64,000 nucleotides of DNA from Gammaproteobacteria bacterium. Lineage in GTDB: Bacteria > Pseudomonadota > Gammaproteobacteria > SZUA-229. Position numbers and translations under genes: made by a program. Location of the stretch: the NCBI GenBank assembly GCA_029882355.1, contig JAOUKV010000007.1, positions 10,114 through 74,113 of the forward strand, read 5' to 3'. The notes under the pieces were generated by a model, which saw nothing but the letters and a program-made list of their open reading frames with translations, did no database searches and was not told the origin of the DNA. Positions 19,895 to 31,204 of this stretch are shown one piece after another (position 1 is the stretch's first letter; every line of letters starts with the position of its first letter).

Positions 19895-22450
19895 TTAGGA
19901 CAGCGTTACCTCAACACCATCTGCAACATTTTGATATTCCGCTAACTCGTGAAAATTGAGATAGCGATAAATTTCAGCAGAGGATGTATCAATATTTTTT
20001 GTGCCTTCCATATATTCTTCTTTTGTTGGAATGCGACCCAGTGTTGCAGCCACCGCACTCAGTTCAGCAGATGCCAGATAAACATCGGCATTATCACCTA
20101 AACGGTTTGGGAAGTTTCGTGTTGAAGTTGACATCACAATTGCGTTATCTGCAACACGTGCCTGATTACCCATACACAATGAACATCCTGGAATTTCAGT
20201 ACGCGCACCGGCCTTGCCGAAGATATTATAAATACCTTCCTGCATCAGCTGACGTTCGTCCATTTTTGTTGGTGGCACAATCCACATGCGTGTTGGCAAA
20301 GATGTAACACCATTCAGCACATTGCCTGCGGCGCGATAATGACCGATATTAGTCATACATGATCCAATAAAGACTTCATCAATTTTCGAGCCAGCCACTT
20401 CAGATAATGTTTTCACATCATCGGGATCATTCGGACAGGCCAAAATCGGCTCTTTGATTTCATTCAAATCAATTTCGATGATTTCTGCGTATTCCGCATT
20501 GGCATCCGGCTCCAGCAATTGTGGATCAGCTAACCATGCTTCCATCGCAACAATACGACGTGACAAAGTACGTTTGTCTTCATAGCCGTTTGAAATCATC
20601 CATTTCAACAAAGTAACATTCGATTTCAAATATTCAATAATAGGTTCTTTACCTAAACGAACAGTACAACCATTAGCGGAACGTTCGGCAGAAGCATCGG
20701 ATAATTCAAATGCCTGCTCCACTTTCAGATCAGGCAGACCTTCTATTTCCAGCACGCGACCATTGAAGACATTTTTCTTGCCCTTCTTCTCAACGGTGAG
20801 CAGACCTTTTTGAATGGCTACGTATGGAATGGCATTGACCAGATCACGCAAAGTCACACCCGGTTGCATTTCTCCTTTGAAACGAACCAGTACAGACTCG
20901 GGCATATCTAATGGCATCACACCCAGTGCAGCACCAAAAGCAACTAAACCGGAACCAGCAGGGAAACTGATACCCATCGGGAAACGGGTATGTGAATCAC
21001 CACCAGTACCGACGGTATCAGGCAGGATCATACGATTCAGCCAGGAGTGAATAATGCCATCACCGGGTCGCAGGGCGACACCACCACGAGTCTGCATAAA
21101 ATCTGGCAGTTCATGTTGCAAATTAACATCAACCGGTTTTGGATAGGCTGCGGTATGGCAGAAAGACTGCATGATCAAATCAGCAGAAAAACCTAAACAG
21201 GCTAGCTCTTTTAATTCATCACGGGTCATAGCGCCAGTGGTATCTTGTGAACCGACAGTAGTCATTTTTGGTTCGCAATAAGTACCGGGGCGGACGCCTT
21301 CAACACCACAGGCTTTACCAACAATTTTCTGTGCCTGTGTGTAACCTTTGCCGGTATCGTCAGCGGTTTCAGGTTTCAGGAAAACGTCTGAAGAGTCTTC
21401 ACCCAGAAATGTTCTTGCTCTATCAGTTAAGCCGCGTCCGATAATAAGTGGAATACGGCCATTAGCGCGCACTTCATCCGGCATAGTGGTTGGACGCAAA
21501 TCAAATTTACAAACTTCTTCACCGGCTTCATTCAAAATCACGCCGTCATAAGGACGGATACGAATCACATCACCGGTTTGCATATTTTCAACATCACACT
21601 CGATCGGCAAAGCACCTGAGTCTTCAGCGGTATTGAAGAAAATAGGTGCAATCTTACCACCCAGTACAACACCTGCTTCGTGCTTGTTAGGTACGAATGG
21701 AATTTCATCGCCCATATACCAGAGCACCGAATTGATCGCTGATTTTCTTGATGAACCAGTTCCCACCACATCGCCTACATAAGCAACAGGATGACCTTTT
21801 TTCTTAAGTTCAGCGATTGTTTCCAGCGGCTTATCCATTTTGCTAATCAGCATTGACTTGGCGTGCAAAGGAATATCAGGACGGCTCCATGCTTCCGTCG
21901 CTGGCGACAGATCGTCAGTGTTGGTCTCACCGGGTACTTTATAAACAGTGACGGTAATCTCTTCCGCCATTTCTGGTTTTGAAGTAAACCATTCGGCATC
22001 AGCCCATGAACGAATTACGCGTGCTGCGTATTCATTGTTAGCGGCTTTATCTGAGATGTCGTGAAAAGCATCGTAAATAAGTAAGGTGTGAGATAAAGCG
22101 GTAGCGGCTGCATCGGCGCTTACGTCAACATCCAGTAACTCGATCAATGGTTGAATGTTGTAACCGCCCAGCATAGTACCGAGAATCTCAGTCGCTCGAA
22201 CCTGTGAAATCAGTTCACAGGCTGTACCGCCTTTGGCAACATCGGCGAGAAAAGCTGCTTTAACGTAGGCAGCCTGATCGACACCGGGTGGTACGCGATT
22301 AACCAGCAGATCCATCAGAAATTCAGCTTCACCAGCTGGTGGATTTTTGATCAATTCGATCAGTTCAGCGACTTGCTCAGCACTCAGTGGTAGTGGTGGT
22401 AAATCTTCTGATTGACGTTGTGTGACATGTTCGCGATAAGCCTCAAGCAT
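19895..22450 (-). CDS. acnB: Aconitate hydratase B (bifunctional aconitase 2 / 2-methylisocitrate dehydratase)
   Basis: 851 aa, collinear with E. coli AcnB (MLEAYREHV...[10 protein letters not shown]...), with Fe-S ligand Cys in the C-terminal domain. Confidence 0.95.
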   Translation of the reverse strand: MLEAYREHVTQRQSEDLPPLPLSAEQVAELIELIKNPPAGEAEFLMDLLVNRVPPGVDQAAYVKAAFLADVAKGGTACELISQVRATEILGTMLGGYNIQPLIELLDVDVSADAAATALSHTLLIYDAFHDISDKAANNEYAARVIRSWADAEWFTSKPEMAEEITVTVYKVPGETNTDDLSPATEAWSRPDIPLHAKSMLISKMDKPLETIAELKKKGHPVAYVGDVVGTGSSRKSAINSVLWYMGDEIPFVPNKHEAGVVLGGKIAPIFFNTAEDSGALPIECDVENMQTGDVIRIRPYDGVILNEAGEEVCKFDLRPTTMPDEVRANGRIPLIIGRGLTDRARTFLGEDSSDVFLKPETADDTGKGYTQAQKIVGKACGVEGVRPGTYCEPKMTTVGSQDTTGAMTRDELKELACLGFSADLIMQSFCHTAAYPKPVDVNLQHELPDFMQTRGGVALRPGDGIIHSWLNRMILPDTVGTGGDSHTRFPMGISFPAGSGLVAFGAALGVMPLDMPESVLVRFKGEMQPGVTLRDLVNAIPYVAIQKGLLTVEKKGKKNVFNGRVLEIEGLPDLKVEQAFELSDASAERSANGCTVRLGKEPIIEYLKSNVTLLKWMISNGYEDKRTLSRRIVAMEAWLADPQLLEPDANAEYAEIIEIDLNEIKEPILACPNDPDDVKTLSEVAGSKIDEVFIGSCMTNIGHYRAAGNVLNGVTSLPTRMWIVPPTKMDERQLMQEGIYNIFGKAGARTEIPGCSLCMGNQARVADNAIVMSTSTRNFPNRLGDNADVYLASAELSAVAATLGRIPTKEEYMEGTKNIDTSSAEIYRYLNFHELAEYQNVADGVEVTLS

Positions 22451-22510
22451 GCGTATTCCTCAGTGTGCAAATAAAAGGAGCGTATTATAGCTTTTGTATG
22501 AGCTCACCAC

Positions 22511-22540
22511 AAAAAAAGCCCACATATGCGGGCTTTTTTT
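22511..22540. terminator. Bidirectional rho-independent terminator between the Rrf2 regulator gene and acnB
   Basis: AAAAAAAGCCCACATATGCGGGCTTTTTTT: a GC stem flanked by an A-tract and a T-tract. Confidence 0.7.
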
Positions 22541-22616
22541 GCTCAATAAGTCTGACTTTTGAGTTATCTATACAGCCATCCAGGCAATCATACAAACATA
22601 GACAGTTAATCAGTGA

Positions 22617-23112
22617 CTAAACTAAACCCTGACTAATAGCTTCAGCTTGCTTACGAGCCAACATAAAGCGTCCAATACTCTTGTCACGCTCCATTGATAA
22701 CTCTGGAATACCTGGACGCTCAACAAATTGTGCCAATGTAATTCCGTCCAGGAAGGCATATAAACGATCACTCAAATCGGACCAGAGCTCATGAGTTAGG
22801 CAACGTTCGCCATCCTGACAATCACCCTCACCATTACAATTGGTGACATCAACCTTTTCATCAACAGCACGAATAATCTGTGCAATACTGATATCACTAG
22901 CGGATTTGGCCAAACGGTATCCTCCACCTGGACCACGTACACCTTTCACCAAACCTGCTTTACGAAGATTGGAAAATAATTGTTCTAAATAAGACAGGGA
23001 AATACCCTGACATTGTGAAATATCGCCCAGTGTTACAGGCCCTGCCTTATCATGTATGGCCAGATCAAGCATTGCTGTTACGCTGTAACGTCCTTTAGTA
23101 GATAGTTTCATA
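22617..23112 (-). CDS. Rrf2-family transcriptional regulator (IscR/NsrR-like, 3-Cys cluster site)
   Basis: Start moved to [18 protein letters not shown] (23112). It has the Rrf2 winged helix and three Cys in [13 protein letters not shown], matching the spacing of [Fe-S]-binding IscR/NsrR. There are no isc genes downstream. Confidence 0.8.
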
Positions 23113-23190
23113 GTTATGCTCTCCAAAATTTCCCTAATTAAATTGACGGTTTCATTGTAATAATTACCCAGTAAACTAATCAAGTATTGT

Positions 23191-23210
23191 TTACATTTCT
23201 TTACATTTCT
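23191..23210. repeat. Perfect tandem 10-bp direct repeat (TTACATTTCT x2) in the Rrf2 leader
   Basis: ttacatttctttacatttct lies 79-98 bp upstream of the Rrf2 ATG; candidate operator. Confidence 0.5.
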
Positions 23211-23398
23211 GTGCAAACTAATACGAATGCTTAGTGTTTTCGATCGCAATTACACAATCTGACTTTAAATTAACGCAGGTAAACCAAGAAAGAAGTAGGG
23301 AAACTTCCTATTTCGCATATATGAAAATGATATCAGCCCAATCATCACCGAAAACAACTCGATGACCAGATGATGTCGAAAAAAACGTTGTTGTGAAT

Positions 23399-25027
23399 CT
23401 ATTTTTGTACTGAAGCACTCAAACAGGTAGATGCTTGAGCTAATTGCCTGGTATAGGTATGTTGTGGTTGGTCGAGTAATTCAATGGTAGAGCCTTGCTC
23501 TACAATCGCCCCCTCTTTCATTACAATCACTCGGTGTGACATGGCGCGAATCACCCGTAAATCGTGACTAATGAAGATGTAACTCAGACCTCGTTTTTTC
23601 TGAAGATCAGCTAATAATCTTAATACCTGCTTCTGAACTGAGACATCGAGCGCACTGGTTGGCTCATCAAGGAGAATGATATCCGGCTCCAGAACCACGG
23701 CTCTAGCGATAGCAATGCGCTGGCGCTGACCACCTGAAAATTCATGCGGATAGCGCCATAAAATATCGCTTTCCAGGCCAACCTCTTCAAGCACCGAGAG
23801 AATTTTGGCTTTTCTCTGAAGGTTATCCAGCTCAGAGAAATGCAGCTTCAAACCTTCACCGATAATCTGCTCAACCGTCATACGAGGTGATAAAGATGAA
23901 AATGGATCCTGGAACACCACCTGAAAATGACGCCGAAAAGGCCTGATTTCTTTTTCTCGAAAATCAGAGATTTTATTTTTTCCAAAATAGATATCCCCGG
24001 TTGATTGCACCATGCGAAATAAAGACATACCCAGGGTGGTCTTACCAGAACCTGACTCGCCGACAATACCTAAGGTTTCCCCTTTATGGATTTTGAGACT
24101 GATATCGTCCACGGCTTTGACAACATCAACCTGACGTTTGAAGAAACCTTTATAGATGGGAAAATGACAACGCACATTTTTTGCACTCATTACTACAACA
24201 GAGGAAGGTTCAACTTCGACGATACGCTGATCAGGTTCACTTTGTAATAAATACTGCGTGTATTCGTGCTGAGGCTTTGAGAAAATATCTGATGTATCAC
24301 CCTGCTCGACAATTTTTCCCTGTTGCATTACGCAAACTCTTTGCGCATAGCGTCTAACCAAATTTAAATCGTGGGTAATAAACAACACCGACATATTGAA
24401 TTCTTTTTGTAGATCAATTAGCAGATCAAGTATTTGTTGTTGAATAGTGACATCAAGCGCTGTTGTAGGTTCATCAGCAATCAGCAATGCTGGCTTACAG
24501 GCTAATGCCATGGCAATCATCACTCGCTGTCTCTGACCACCCGACAAGGCATGAGGGAAACTATTAATTTGTCTTTGTGGATCACGAATACCAACACGAT
24601 CCAGTAATTCAATGCAGCGCTGCCTGGCTTCAGTTTTATTCAAAGAAGTATGCAACAATAAAACCTCCTGAATCTGAGCACCAACGGTGAAGACAGGATT
24701 CAGGGAGCTCATGGGTTCCTGAAAGATCATAGAGATATCACTGCCTCTGATAGCTTGCATGTCATTCTCATCGAAAGACATTAAGTTATTAGCATGGTTA
24801 GCATTGTGATAAATGATTTTCCCAGCAGGATAAGATACCTGTTTTTCGTCATGGAGTTTTAAAATGGAAAGTGCCGTCACAGACTTGCCAGAACCGGATT
24901 CGCCGACAATCGCCAAAGTTTCACTTTGATGAATATCGAAACTAATATCACGTACAGCAGCAATATCACCACCTTGCGTACGAAAAGTGACACTGAGATT
25001 TTCTACCTGTAAAAGTTGCTTTTCCAT
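23399..25027 (-). CDS. yejF: ABC transporter ATP-binding protein YejF (two fused ATPase domains)
   Basis: Two Walker A motifs (GESGSGKS, GESGSGKT), two signature motifs (LSGGQRQR x2) and yejABEF gene order. The start was set at MEKQLLQVENLSV to avoid overlap with yejE. Confidence 0.88.
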   Translation of the reverse strand: MEKQLLQVENLSVTFRTQGGDIAAVRDISFDIHQSETLAIVGESGSGKSVTALSILKLHDEKQVSYPAGKIIYHNANHANNLMSFDENDMQAIRGSDISMIFQEPMSSLNPVFTVGAQIQEVLLLHTSLNKTEARQRCIELLDRVGIRDPQRQINSFPHALSGGQRQRVMIAMALACKPALLIADEPTTALDVTIQQQILDLLIDLQKEFNMSVLFITHDLNLVRRYAQRVCVMQQGKIVEQGDTSDIFSKPQHEYTQYLLQSEPDQRIVEVEPSSVVVMSAKNVRCHFPIYKGFFKRQVDVVKAVDDISLKIHKGETLGIVGESGSGKTTLGMSLFRMVQSTGDIYFGKNKISDFREKEIRPFRRHFQVVFQDPFSSLSPRMTVEQIIGEGLKLHFSELDNLQRKAKILSVLEEVGLESDILWRYPHEFSGGQRQRIAIARAVVLEPDIILLDEPTSALDVSVQKQVLRLLADLQKKRGLSYIFISHDLRVIRAMSHRVIVMKEGAIVEQGSTIELLDQPQHTYTRQLAQASTCLSASVQK

Positions 25028-25028
25028 A

Positions 25029-26060
25029 TCAGTTTTTACGCGTATCCATGGCCTCACGTAAGGCTTCACCTATAAATATCAACAACATTAAAGTTCCTAC
25101 CAGTACAACAAAAGCGCCTAACGACAACCACCAGGCTTCTATATTCTCTTTGCCTTGCGACAACAACTCACCAAGACTTGGTGTAGTTGGCGGCACACCC
25201 AAACCAAGAAAATCCAAACTGGTTAGCGCTAAAATTGAACCACTAATGCGAAACGGCAAAAAAGTAATTACCGGTGTCAGACTATTCGGCAATAAATGAT
25301 GACGCATAATCGCAAAGTCACTCAAACCCATAGCTTTAGCAGCGCGCACATAATCCATATTTCTACCACGTAAAAACTCGGCACGAACATAATCTGACAA
25401 ACCCATCCAGCCAAACAGAGATAATAAAATTATTAGCAACCAGACGCTGGGTTGAAAAATCGAAGCAAAGATAATCAATAAATATAATTCAGGCATAGAA
25501 GACCACACTTCGATGACGCGCTGCATAAATAAATCAATCTTTCCAGAGAAATAACCTTGTATAGCACCCATCACTATACCTATGACAACACCTAGAGCTG
25601 TTAATGCAAAGGCAAACAATACCGACAGACGAAAACCATAAACAAGACGAGCGAAAACATCACGACCCCTATCATCTGTACCTATCAAATTATCTATCGA
25701 AGGCGCAGCTGGATTGGCTGCATCAGTAAGAAAGTTAATCGTGTTATAGCTAAATCTAATGGGAGGATCAATTACCCAGTTTGAATCTTGCGTCAATTTT
25801 TCACGCACATATTCATCAGAATAATCGGCCTCTGTTTCAAAATCACCACCGAATGTGGTCTCAGGATATGAAATTACAAAGGGGAAATAATATTCATTCT
25901 GATAATTAACTAGTAGCGGTTTATCATTAAACAAAACTTCGGCAGCGAGACTTAATAAAAATAAAATAACAAACAGCCATAAACTAATATAACCACGACG
26001 ATTTGATTTAAATCGCAGCCAGGAACGCTGGCCTGGTGTCAGGTAGTTATTGTTATCCAT
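25029..26060 (-). CDS. yejE: ABC transporter permease YejE
   Basis: 343 aa with a BPD_transp_1 permease fold; third gene of the yejABEF-order operon. Confidence 0.85.
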   Translation of the reverse strand: MDNNNYLTPGQRSWLRFKSNRRGYISLWLFVILFLLSLAAEVLFNDKPLLVNYQNEYYFPFVISYPETTFGGDFETEADYSDEYVREKLTQDSNWVIDPPIRFSYNTINFLTDAANPAAPSIDNLIGTDDRGRDVFARLVYGFRLSVLFAFALTALGVVIGIVMGAIQGYFSGKIDLFMQRVIEVWSSMPELYLLIIFASIFQPSVWLLIILLSLFGWMGLSDYVRAEFLRGRNMDYVRAAKAMGLSDFAIMRHHLLPNSLTPVITFLPFRISGSILALTSLDFLGLGVPPTTPSLGELLSQGKENIEAWWLSLGAFVVLVGTLMLLIFIGEALREAMDTRKN

Positions 26061-26062
26061 GC

Positions 26063-27115
26063 TTAATGCTCCACCGATTCGAAATGGATACGTGGATCAA
26101 TCAACACATAACTAAGATCGGCCAATAACTTTGCAACTAGACCCATCAATGTAAACAGGAAAAGTGAACCAAGTACCACAGGATAATCACGTTTAAGCAC
26201 CGACTCATAAGATAACAAACCTAAACCATCGAGAGAGAAGATGGTTTCAATCAACAAACTACCGGTAAAGAATGCGCCAATAAAAGCAGCCGGAAAACCT
26301 GTGACTAGTGGAATCATGGCATTCCTGAACACATGACGATAAAGCACCGTGTTTTGAGATAAACCCTTGGCGCGCGCTGTCAGTACATATTGTTTTCTAA
26401 TTTCTTCAATAAAGCTATTCTTGGTCAACATAGTCATTACCGCAAAACTGCCAATAACAGAAGAAATAATAGGTAATACCATATGCCACAGGTAATCCAG
26501 TATTTTGTCATACCAGTTCATGGCATCCCAGTTATCCGAAGTCAGACCTCTTAGTGGGAACACATCAAAAAAACTCCCGCCGCCAAAAAAAACAATCAGG
26601 GTCAAACCCAGTACGAAGCCCGGTATTGCATAACCAATCAGAATCAGTGTGCTGGTCGCGACATCAAACAGACTGCCATCACGAATTGCTTTGGCTATAC
26701 CTAAGGGGATACAAGTTAGATACACAATGAAAAAAGTCCACACTCCGAGGCTAATTGAGACTGGTAATTTTGACGCCATCAAATCAATTACCGATTGATT
26801 ATGAAAATAACTGTCGCCAAAATCAAATTGCAGATAGTTAGTTAGCATTCCTATAAAACGCTGGTGAATTGGCTTGTCAAAACCGTATAACACGCGTATT
26901 TGTTCAATATATTCTTCATCCAGACCAGTTGCTCCACGATACAAACCATGTGAGCCACTACTGGCTTCCCCGCTCATTGTGTTACCTTCCAATTGACTTA
27001 CCAGTTGCTCAACGGGGCCGCCCGGGACAAACTGAGTCACGGCAAAAGTAATCAGCATGACGCCGAACAGGGTTGGTATCATCAAAAGCAAACGTTTAAG
27101 AATATAATTAAACAT
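26063..27115 (-). CDS. yejB: ABC transporter permease YejB
   Basis: 350 aa; oligopeptide-type permease with the N-terminal MFNYILKRLLLMIPTLFGV characteristic of DppB/YejB. Confidence 0.85.
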   Translation of the reverse strand: MFNYILKRLLLMIPTLFGVMLITFAVTQFVPGGPVEQLVSQLEGNTMSGEASSGSHGLYRGATGLDEEYIEQIRVLYGFDKPIHQRFIGMLTNYLQFDFGDSYFHNQSVIDLMASKLPVSISLGVWTFFIVYLTCIPLGIAKAIRDGSLFDVATSTLILIGYAIPGFVLGLTLIVFFGGGSFFDVFPLRGLTSDNWDAMNWYDKILDYLWHMVLPIISSVIGSFAVMTMLTKNSFIEEIRKQYVLTARAKGLSQNTVLYRHVFRNAMIPLVTGFPAAFIGAFFTGSLLIETIFSLDGLGLLSYESVLKRDYPVVLGSLFLFTLMGLVAKLLADLSYVLIDPRIHFESVEH

Positions 27116-27124
27116 ATAATTTTC

Positions 27125-28954
27125 TTATTGGAGAGGCGAAGTCTGTGAGATTGTTGTTTTTTTCCACCATGTTTTAATCAGCAGGGTGATCGGATCATAG
27201 TATAAAGGTAACTTTTTCGGATAATCAAAAGCTTTTCGGTAAGCTATACGATGTTTATCAATATACCAGTTTGGCACCAGATACTCACCAGACAATAGAA
27301 CACGATCCAGCGCACGTGAAGCAATCAATAATTGCTGACGATTTTCAGCATTAACAACACGTTCTATTAAGGCATCGACAACGGGATTATTAATACCCGG
27401 CAGATTATCTGAACCTTTAGTACTTACTGATTGCGAATGGAATCTATTTTTCAGCTCATTACCTGGTGACATCGACGATGAATAACTTGTCACCACCATA
27501 TCAAAATCATAAGTATCAACTCTTCGCTTATACAGAGATCGATCAACTGTTCGGTAGTTCATTTCTATGCCTAACTTTTTTAAATTACGTGCGTAAGGTG
27601 CCAATATTCGATCAAAACCTTTTTGTGCCAGCAACACATCAACTGTAAAACTTTCACCTTCACTATTCTTAAGCACGCCATCTTTAACAAACCAACCTGC
27701 TTTTTCTAATAGATCTCGTGCCTGTTTTAAATTTTCTCTTAGCGCCCCTTTTTTGTCTGTTGCAGGAGGAGACCATGCCCGGGTAAAAACTGTCTCGGGC
27801 AACTGATCTCTAAACTCATTCAACAAGGCAAGTTCATCGTCTTCAGGTAAGCCCGTAGCTGCTAGTTCACTGTTACTGAAATAACTGTCACAACGCACAT
27901 ATTGATTATAAAAAAGATGGTTATTTGCCCAGGAAAAATCATAGGCCAGTGACAAGGCACGTCTAACTCGTACATCCTTGAAATGGTCTCGCCGAGTATT
28001 AATAGCAAAACCCTGCATACCTGCATTATTACTGTGTTTTAATTCTGTTTTAAGAATTTCACCAGACTGGTATTTCGGGCCATCATGTGAACGCGCCCAT
28101 CGCTTTGAATAGTTCTCGAAAAAGAAATCAAATTCTCCGGCCTTAAATGCTTCCAGAGCTATAGACGAGTCTTTATAGTACGTGTATTTAATCGTATCGA
28201 AATTATACATTCCTTTGCGTACTGGCAAATCAACTGCCCAGTAATCTGGATTACGTTTATATTTTATGTATTTACCACGCTCATACTTATCAACAACATA
28301 TGGGCCACTACTAATTGGCTTAATATCATCGGTTTCTGAAAATTCTTGCCCTTGCAACCAATCTTTTGAGAATACAGAAATATCACCCAGGATCATATGC
28401 AATTCACGATTTTGTCGCTTGAAATTAAAACGCACAGTCAAATCATCAAGCACAATAACTGAGTCCACATCCTGATAATATATTCTAAACTGAGGATGCG
28501 CAGCCTGGCTCATAAGCACATCAAAGGAGAATTTTACATCCTCTGCATTAATTGACGTTCCGTTTGAAAAGCGTGCTTTGGGATTAATGTGAAAAGTTAC
28601 TGACAAACCGTCTTCAGCAAGAAAAAAATCATCCGCAATCATGCCATACATGCTGAACGGCTCATCCAGACTTTTTTCCAGTAGAGTTTCAAAAACTAGT
28701 AAATTAAGGCCATCCGCAGGAATCCCCTTGAGTAAAAATGGATTTAAACTATCAAATGCCCCCAAACCCGAAAGCACTAACTCACCACCGTGTTTAGCCT
28801 GTGGGTTAACATAATCAAAATTTTTAAATTCAGGCGGATACTTTGGCGCATATCCCATACCCATGGCTGGTACTGCTGATGCTTCTACAGTAAATACCAG
28901 AGTGCATGAAATAATTAAAAAATTTAATATTATTTGAAGTAATCTATGCGGCAT
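27125..28954 (-). CDS. yejA: Periplasmic substrate-binding protein YejA (SBP family 5)
   Basis: 609 aa with a signal peptide and an oligopeptide-binding family 5 fold; first gene of the operon. Confidence 0.85.
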   Translation of the reverse strand: MPHRLLQIILNFLIISCTLVFTVEASAVPAMGMGYAPKYPPEFKNFDYVNPQAKHGGELVLSGLGAFDSLNPFLLKGIPADGLNLLVFETLLEKSLDEPFSMYGMIADDFFLAEDGLSVTFHINPKARFSNGTSINAEDVKFSFDVLMSQAAHPQFRIYYQDVDSVIVLDDLTVRFNFKRQNRELHMILGDISVFSKDWLQGQEFSETDDIKPISSGPYVVDKYERGKYIKYKRNPDYWAVDLPVRKGMYNFDTIKYTYYKDSSIALEAFKAGEFDFFFENYSKRWARSHDGPKYQSGEILKTELKHSNNAGMQGFAINTRRDHFKDVRVRRALSLAYDFSWANNHLFYNQYVRCDSYFSNSELAATGLPEDDELALLNEFRDQLPETVFTRAWSPPATDKKGALRENLKQARDLLEKAGWFVKDGVLKNSEGESFTVDVLLAQKGFDRILAPYARNLKKLGIEMNYRTVDRSLYKRRVDTYDFDMVVTSYSSSMSPGNELKNRFHSQSVSTKGSDNLPGINNPVVDALIERVVNAENRQQLLIASRALDRVLLSGEYLVPNWYIDKHRIAYRKAFDYPKKLPLYYDPITLLIKTWWKKTTISQTSPLQ

Positions 28955-29039
28955 GATTTTATTGTTGTTTTAAATGTATAAACCACCTAACATCAGGTAC
29001 TCACAGTTTACAGTACTTTATTTCAGGGAGTAAATTCTT

Positions 29040-29861
29040 ATGGGTTTTATGAGTGGCAAACGTGTTCTCATTTTTGGTGTCGCCAGTAACCGTTCTATTG
29101 CATGGGGCATTGCCAAAGCAATGCATCGCGAAGGCGCTGAACTTGCATTTACCTATATGGGAGAACGCCTACATGAGCGAGTAGAAAAACTTGCCGGTGA
29201 ATGTGATTCTGATATTGTGGTTCCCTGTGACGTAGAAAATGATGACGAAATCGAAGCAGTATTCGAGCATCTTGACGACTACTGGGACTCTCTCGACGTC
29301 ATTATTCATTCGGTGGCATTTGCACCTAAAGAAATGCTCGAAGGTGACTATCTGGACAATCTGACACGGGACGGTTTCAATCAGGCTCATGACATCAGCT
29401 CTTATAGTCTGTCCGCGATTGCCAAGGCTGGCCGCCACATGATGCAAAACCGTGAAGATGCTGCAATTTTAACACTCAGTTATCTAGGCGCAGTGCGCGC
29501 ATTCCCTGGCTATAACGTCATGGGTCTGGCCAAGGCCAGCCTGGAAGCCAATGTCCGTTACCTGGCGCATTCACTCGGCGCTGAGGGTATTCGTGTTAAT
29601 GCCATTTCAGCAGGCCCGATCAAAACCCTCGCAGCAAAAGGCATTTCTAACTTCAGCACTATTTTGAAGCATGTTGAGCAAAGTGCCCCTTTACATAGAA
29701 ACATCACCATTGAGGAAGTGGGTAATTGCGCCGCCTTCTTATGTTCAAGCCTGGCGAGTGGTATTACGGGTGAAGTGACTTACGTCGATGCCGGTTATCA
29801 CACCGCGGGCCTGATGGGCGATATATTAGAAGTCAAAGATACAGACGTCAAAGATAAATAA
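29040..29861 (+). CDS. fabI: Enoyl-[acyl-carrier-protein] reductase [NADH] FabI
   Basis: [39 protein letters not shown] aligns closely with E. coli FabI; Tyr/Lys catalytic motif present. Confidence 0.95.
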   Translation: MGFMSGKRVLIFGVASNRSIAWGIAKAMHREGAELAFTYMGERLHERVEKLAGECDSDIVVPCDVENDDEIEAVFEHLDDYWDSLDVIIHSVAFAPKEMLEGDYLDNLTRDGFNQAHDISSYSLSAIAKAGRHMMQNREDAAILTLSYLGAVRAFPGYNVMGLAKASLEANVRYLAHSLGAEGIRVNAISAGPIKTLAAKGISNFSTILKHVEQSAPLHRNITIEEVGNCAAFLCSSLASGITGEVTYVDAGYHTAGLMGDILEVKDTDVKDK

Positions 29862-29887
29862 TTCGTTACTAGGTTATCTGGGTGAAC

Positions 29888-31171
29888 CTATCTTTTCTCC
29901 TGTAGCACACCACCCTCACCTTCAAGGCGAGCGATGGTGACCGCTGCACAGGAATCACTGAAGACATTAACCGATGTACGACACATATCCAGCACGCGGT
30001 CGACTACCAGAATCAAACCAATCGCCTCCAGAGGCAAACCTATCGCACCCAGAATAATAGTTATAGCGACCAGACTGGCTGAAGGAATACCGGCAACCCC
30101 GATAGATGTCAGCAAAGCAATCAACACAATCGTAAATTGAGTCACAATATCCAGTTGCAAGCCATAGGCCTGCGCGATAAACATGGCCGCAACACATTCA
30201 TACAAAGCAGTACCATCCATATTCACCGTTGCACCCAAAGGCAGTGTAAAACCACTGACACGATTTGATACACCAGCACGGCGCTCAACACAATCTAATG
30301 TTAAAGGTAATGTAGCAGAGGAAGAACTGGTCGAGAACGCCGTCAGCAATGCCGGCATCATTGCCTTGAAGTGCAGCGCAGGATTTACCTTTGCTACAAA
30401 CTTCAATACCAGGGGTAGAAAAACAAGCATATGAAGTGCTAATGCCAGAATAACAGCGGCAAAAAATACCGCCAGTGGTCTGAATGCATCAGCACCTGAC
30501 ATTATGATTACCTTACAAACCAGCGCAAAAATTCCAATGGGTGCAAATTTCATCACCAGATTGGTTATTTGTATCATTATGCTGAGCAGGCCACGCCAGA
30601 AGTCTTTTTGAACCTCACCGTGTGAACCTTTCAAATGTGACAGGAAATAACCAAATAACAGGCTAAAAAATATCAGACCTAACATCTGACCTTCGGCTGC
30701 CGCCGAGACAATATTGGCAGGAACCATTCTCAAAAAGACTTCAGCAATATCACCTGCGCCCTTACCTTCAACCTTAGCCAGTACCAAATCAGTATCTGAA
30801 GACAGAGCCATCGTCTCCAGCGCAGGCTGACCATCAACAATACCCGGTTGCAAGATGTTCACCATCAGCAAACCAATCAGAATGGCCACAAGGCTGCTCG
30901 CCATGTAAAAAAGCAATGTCTTTAAACCAAGACGGCCAAGGGTATTAGGCTTTAGCTCCATCATACCGGTAATAATGGATGCAACCACCAACGGTACGAT
31001 TAGCATCTTCAGGGCATTAAGGAAAAGCGTGCCAAAAAAACTAAGGATAGAAAGTAAAGATAGTCCTAGAAAACCAGATTCAGGCGTAGCTATTACACCA
31101 AGAATGATAGCTAAAACCAGTGCGGCAAGGATTTGCCAGTGCAAGGGCAGCCGGGTTAATGTTTTAAGCAT
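29888..31171 (-). CDS. Dicarboxylate/amino acid:cation symporter (DAACS family, GltP/DctA-like)
   Basis: 427 aa polytopic membrane protein with the conserved SSSSATLP and NMDGTALYE motifs of the sodium:dicarboxylate symporter family. Confidence 0.85.
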   Translation of the reverse strand: MLKTLTRLPLHWQILAALVLAIILGVIATPESGFLGLSLLSILSFFGTLFLNALKMLIVPLVVASIITGMMELKPNTLGRLGLKTLLFYMASSLVAILIGLLMVNILQPGIVDGQPALETMALSSDTDLVLAKVEGKGAGDIAEVFLRMVPANIVSAAAEGQMLGLIFFSLLFGYFLSHLKGSHGEVQKDFWRGLLSIMIQITNLVMKFAPIGIFALVCKVIIMSGADAFRPLAVFFAAVILALALHMLVFLPLVLKFVAKVNPALHFKAMMPALLTAFSTSSSSATLPLTLDCVERRAGVSNRVSGFTLPLGATVNMDGTALYECVAAMFIAQAYGLQLDIVTQFTIVLIALLTSIGVAGIPSASLVAITIILGAIGLPLEAIGLILVVDRVLDMCRTSVNVFSDSCAAVTIARLEGEGGVLQEKR

Positions 31172-31204
31172 TGAACAATTCCCGGCAACCCTGATTAATA
31201 TATA

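Noticed and set aside
22617-23249. 210 aa version of the Rrf2 regulator
   Set aside because: The first 46 codons have no homology to Rrf2 proteins and would place the tandem operator repeat inside the [13 protein letters not shown] is the canonical Rrf2 start.
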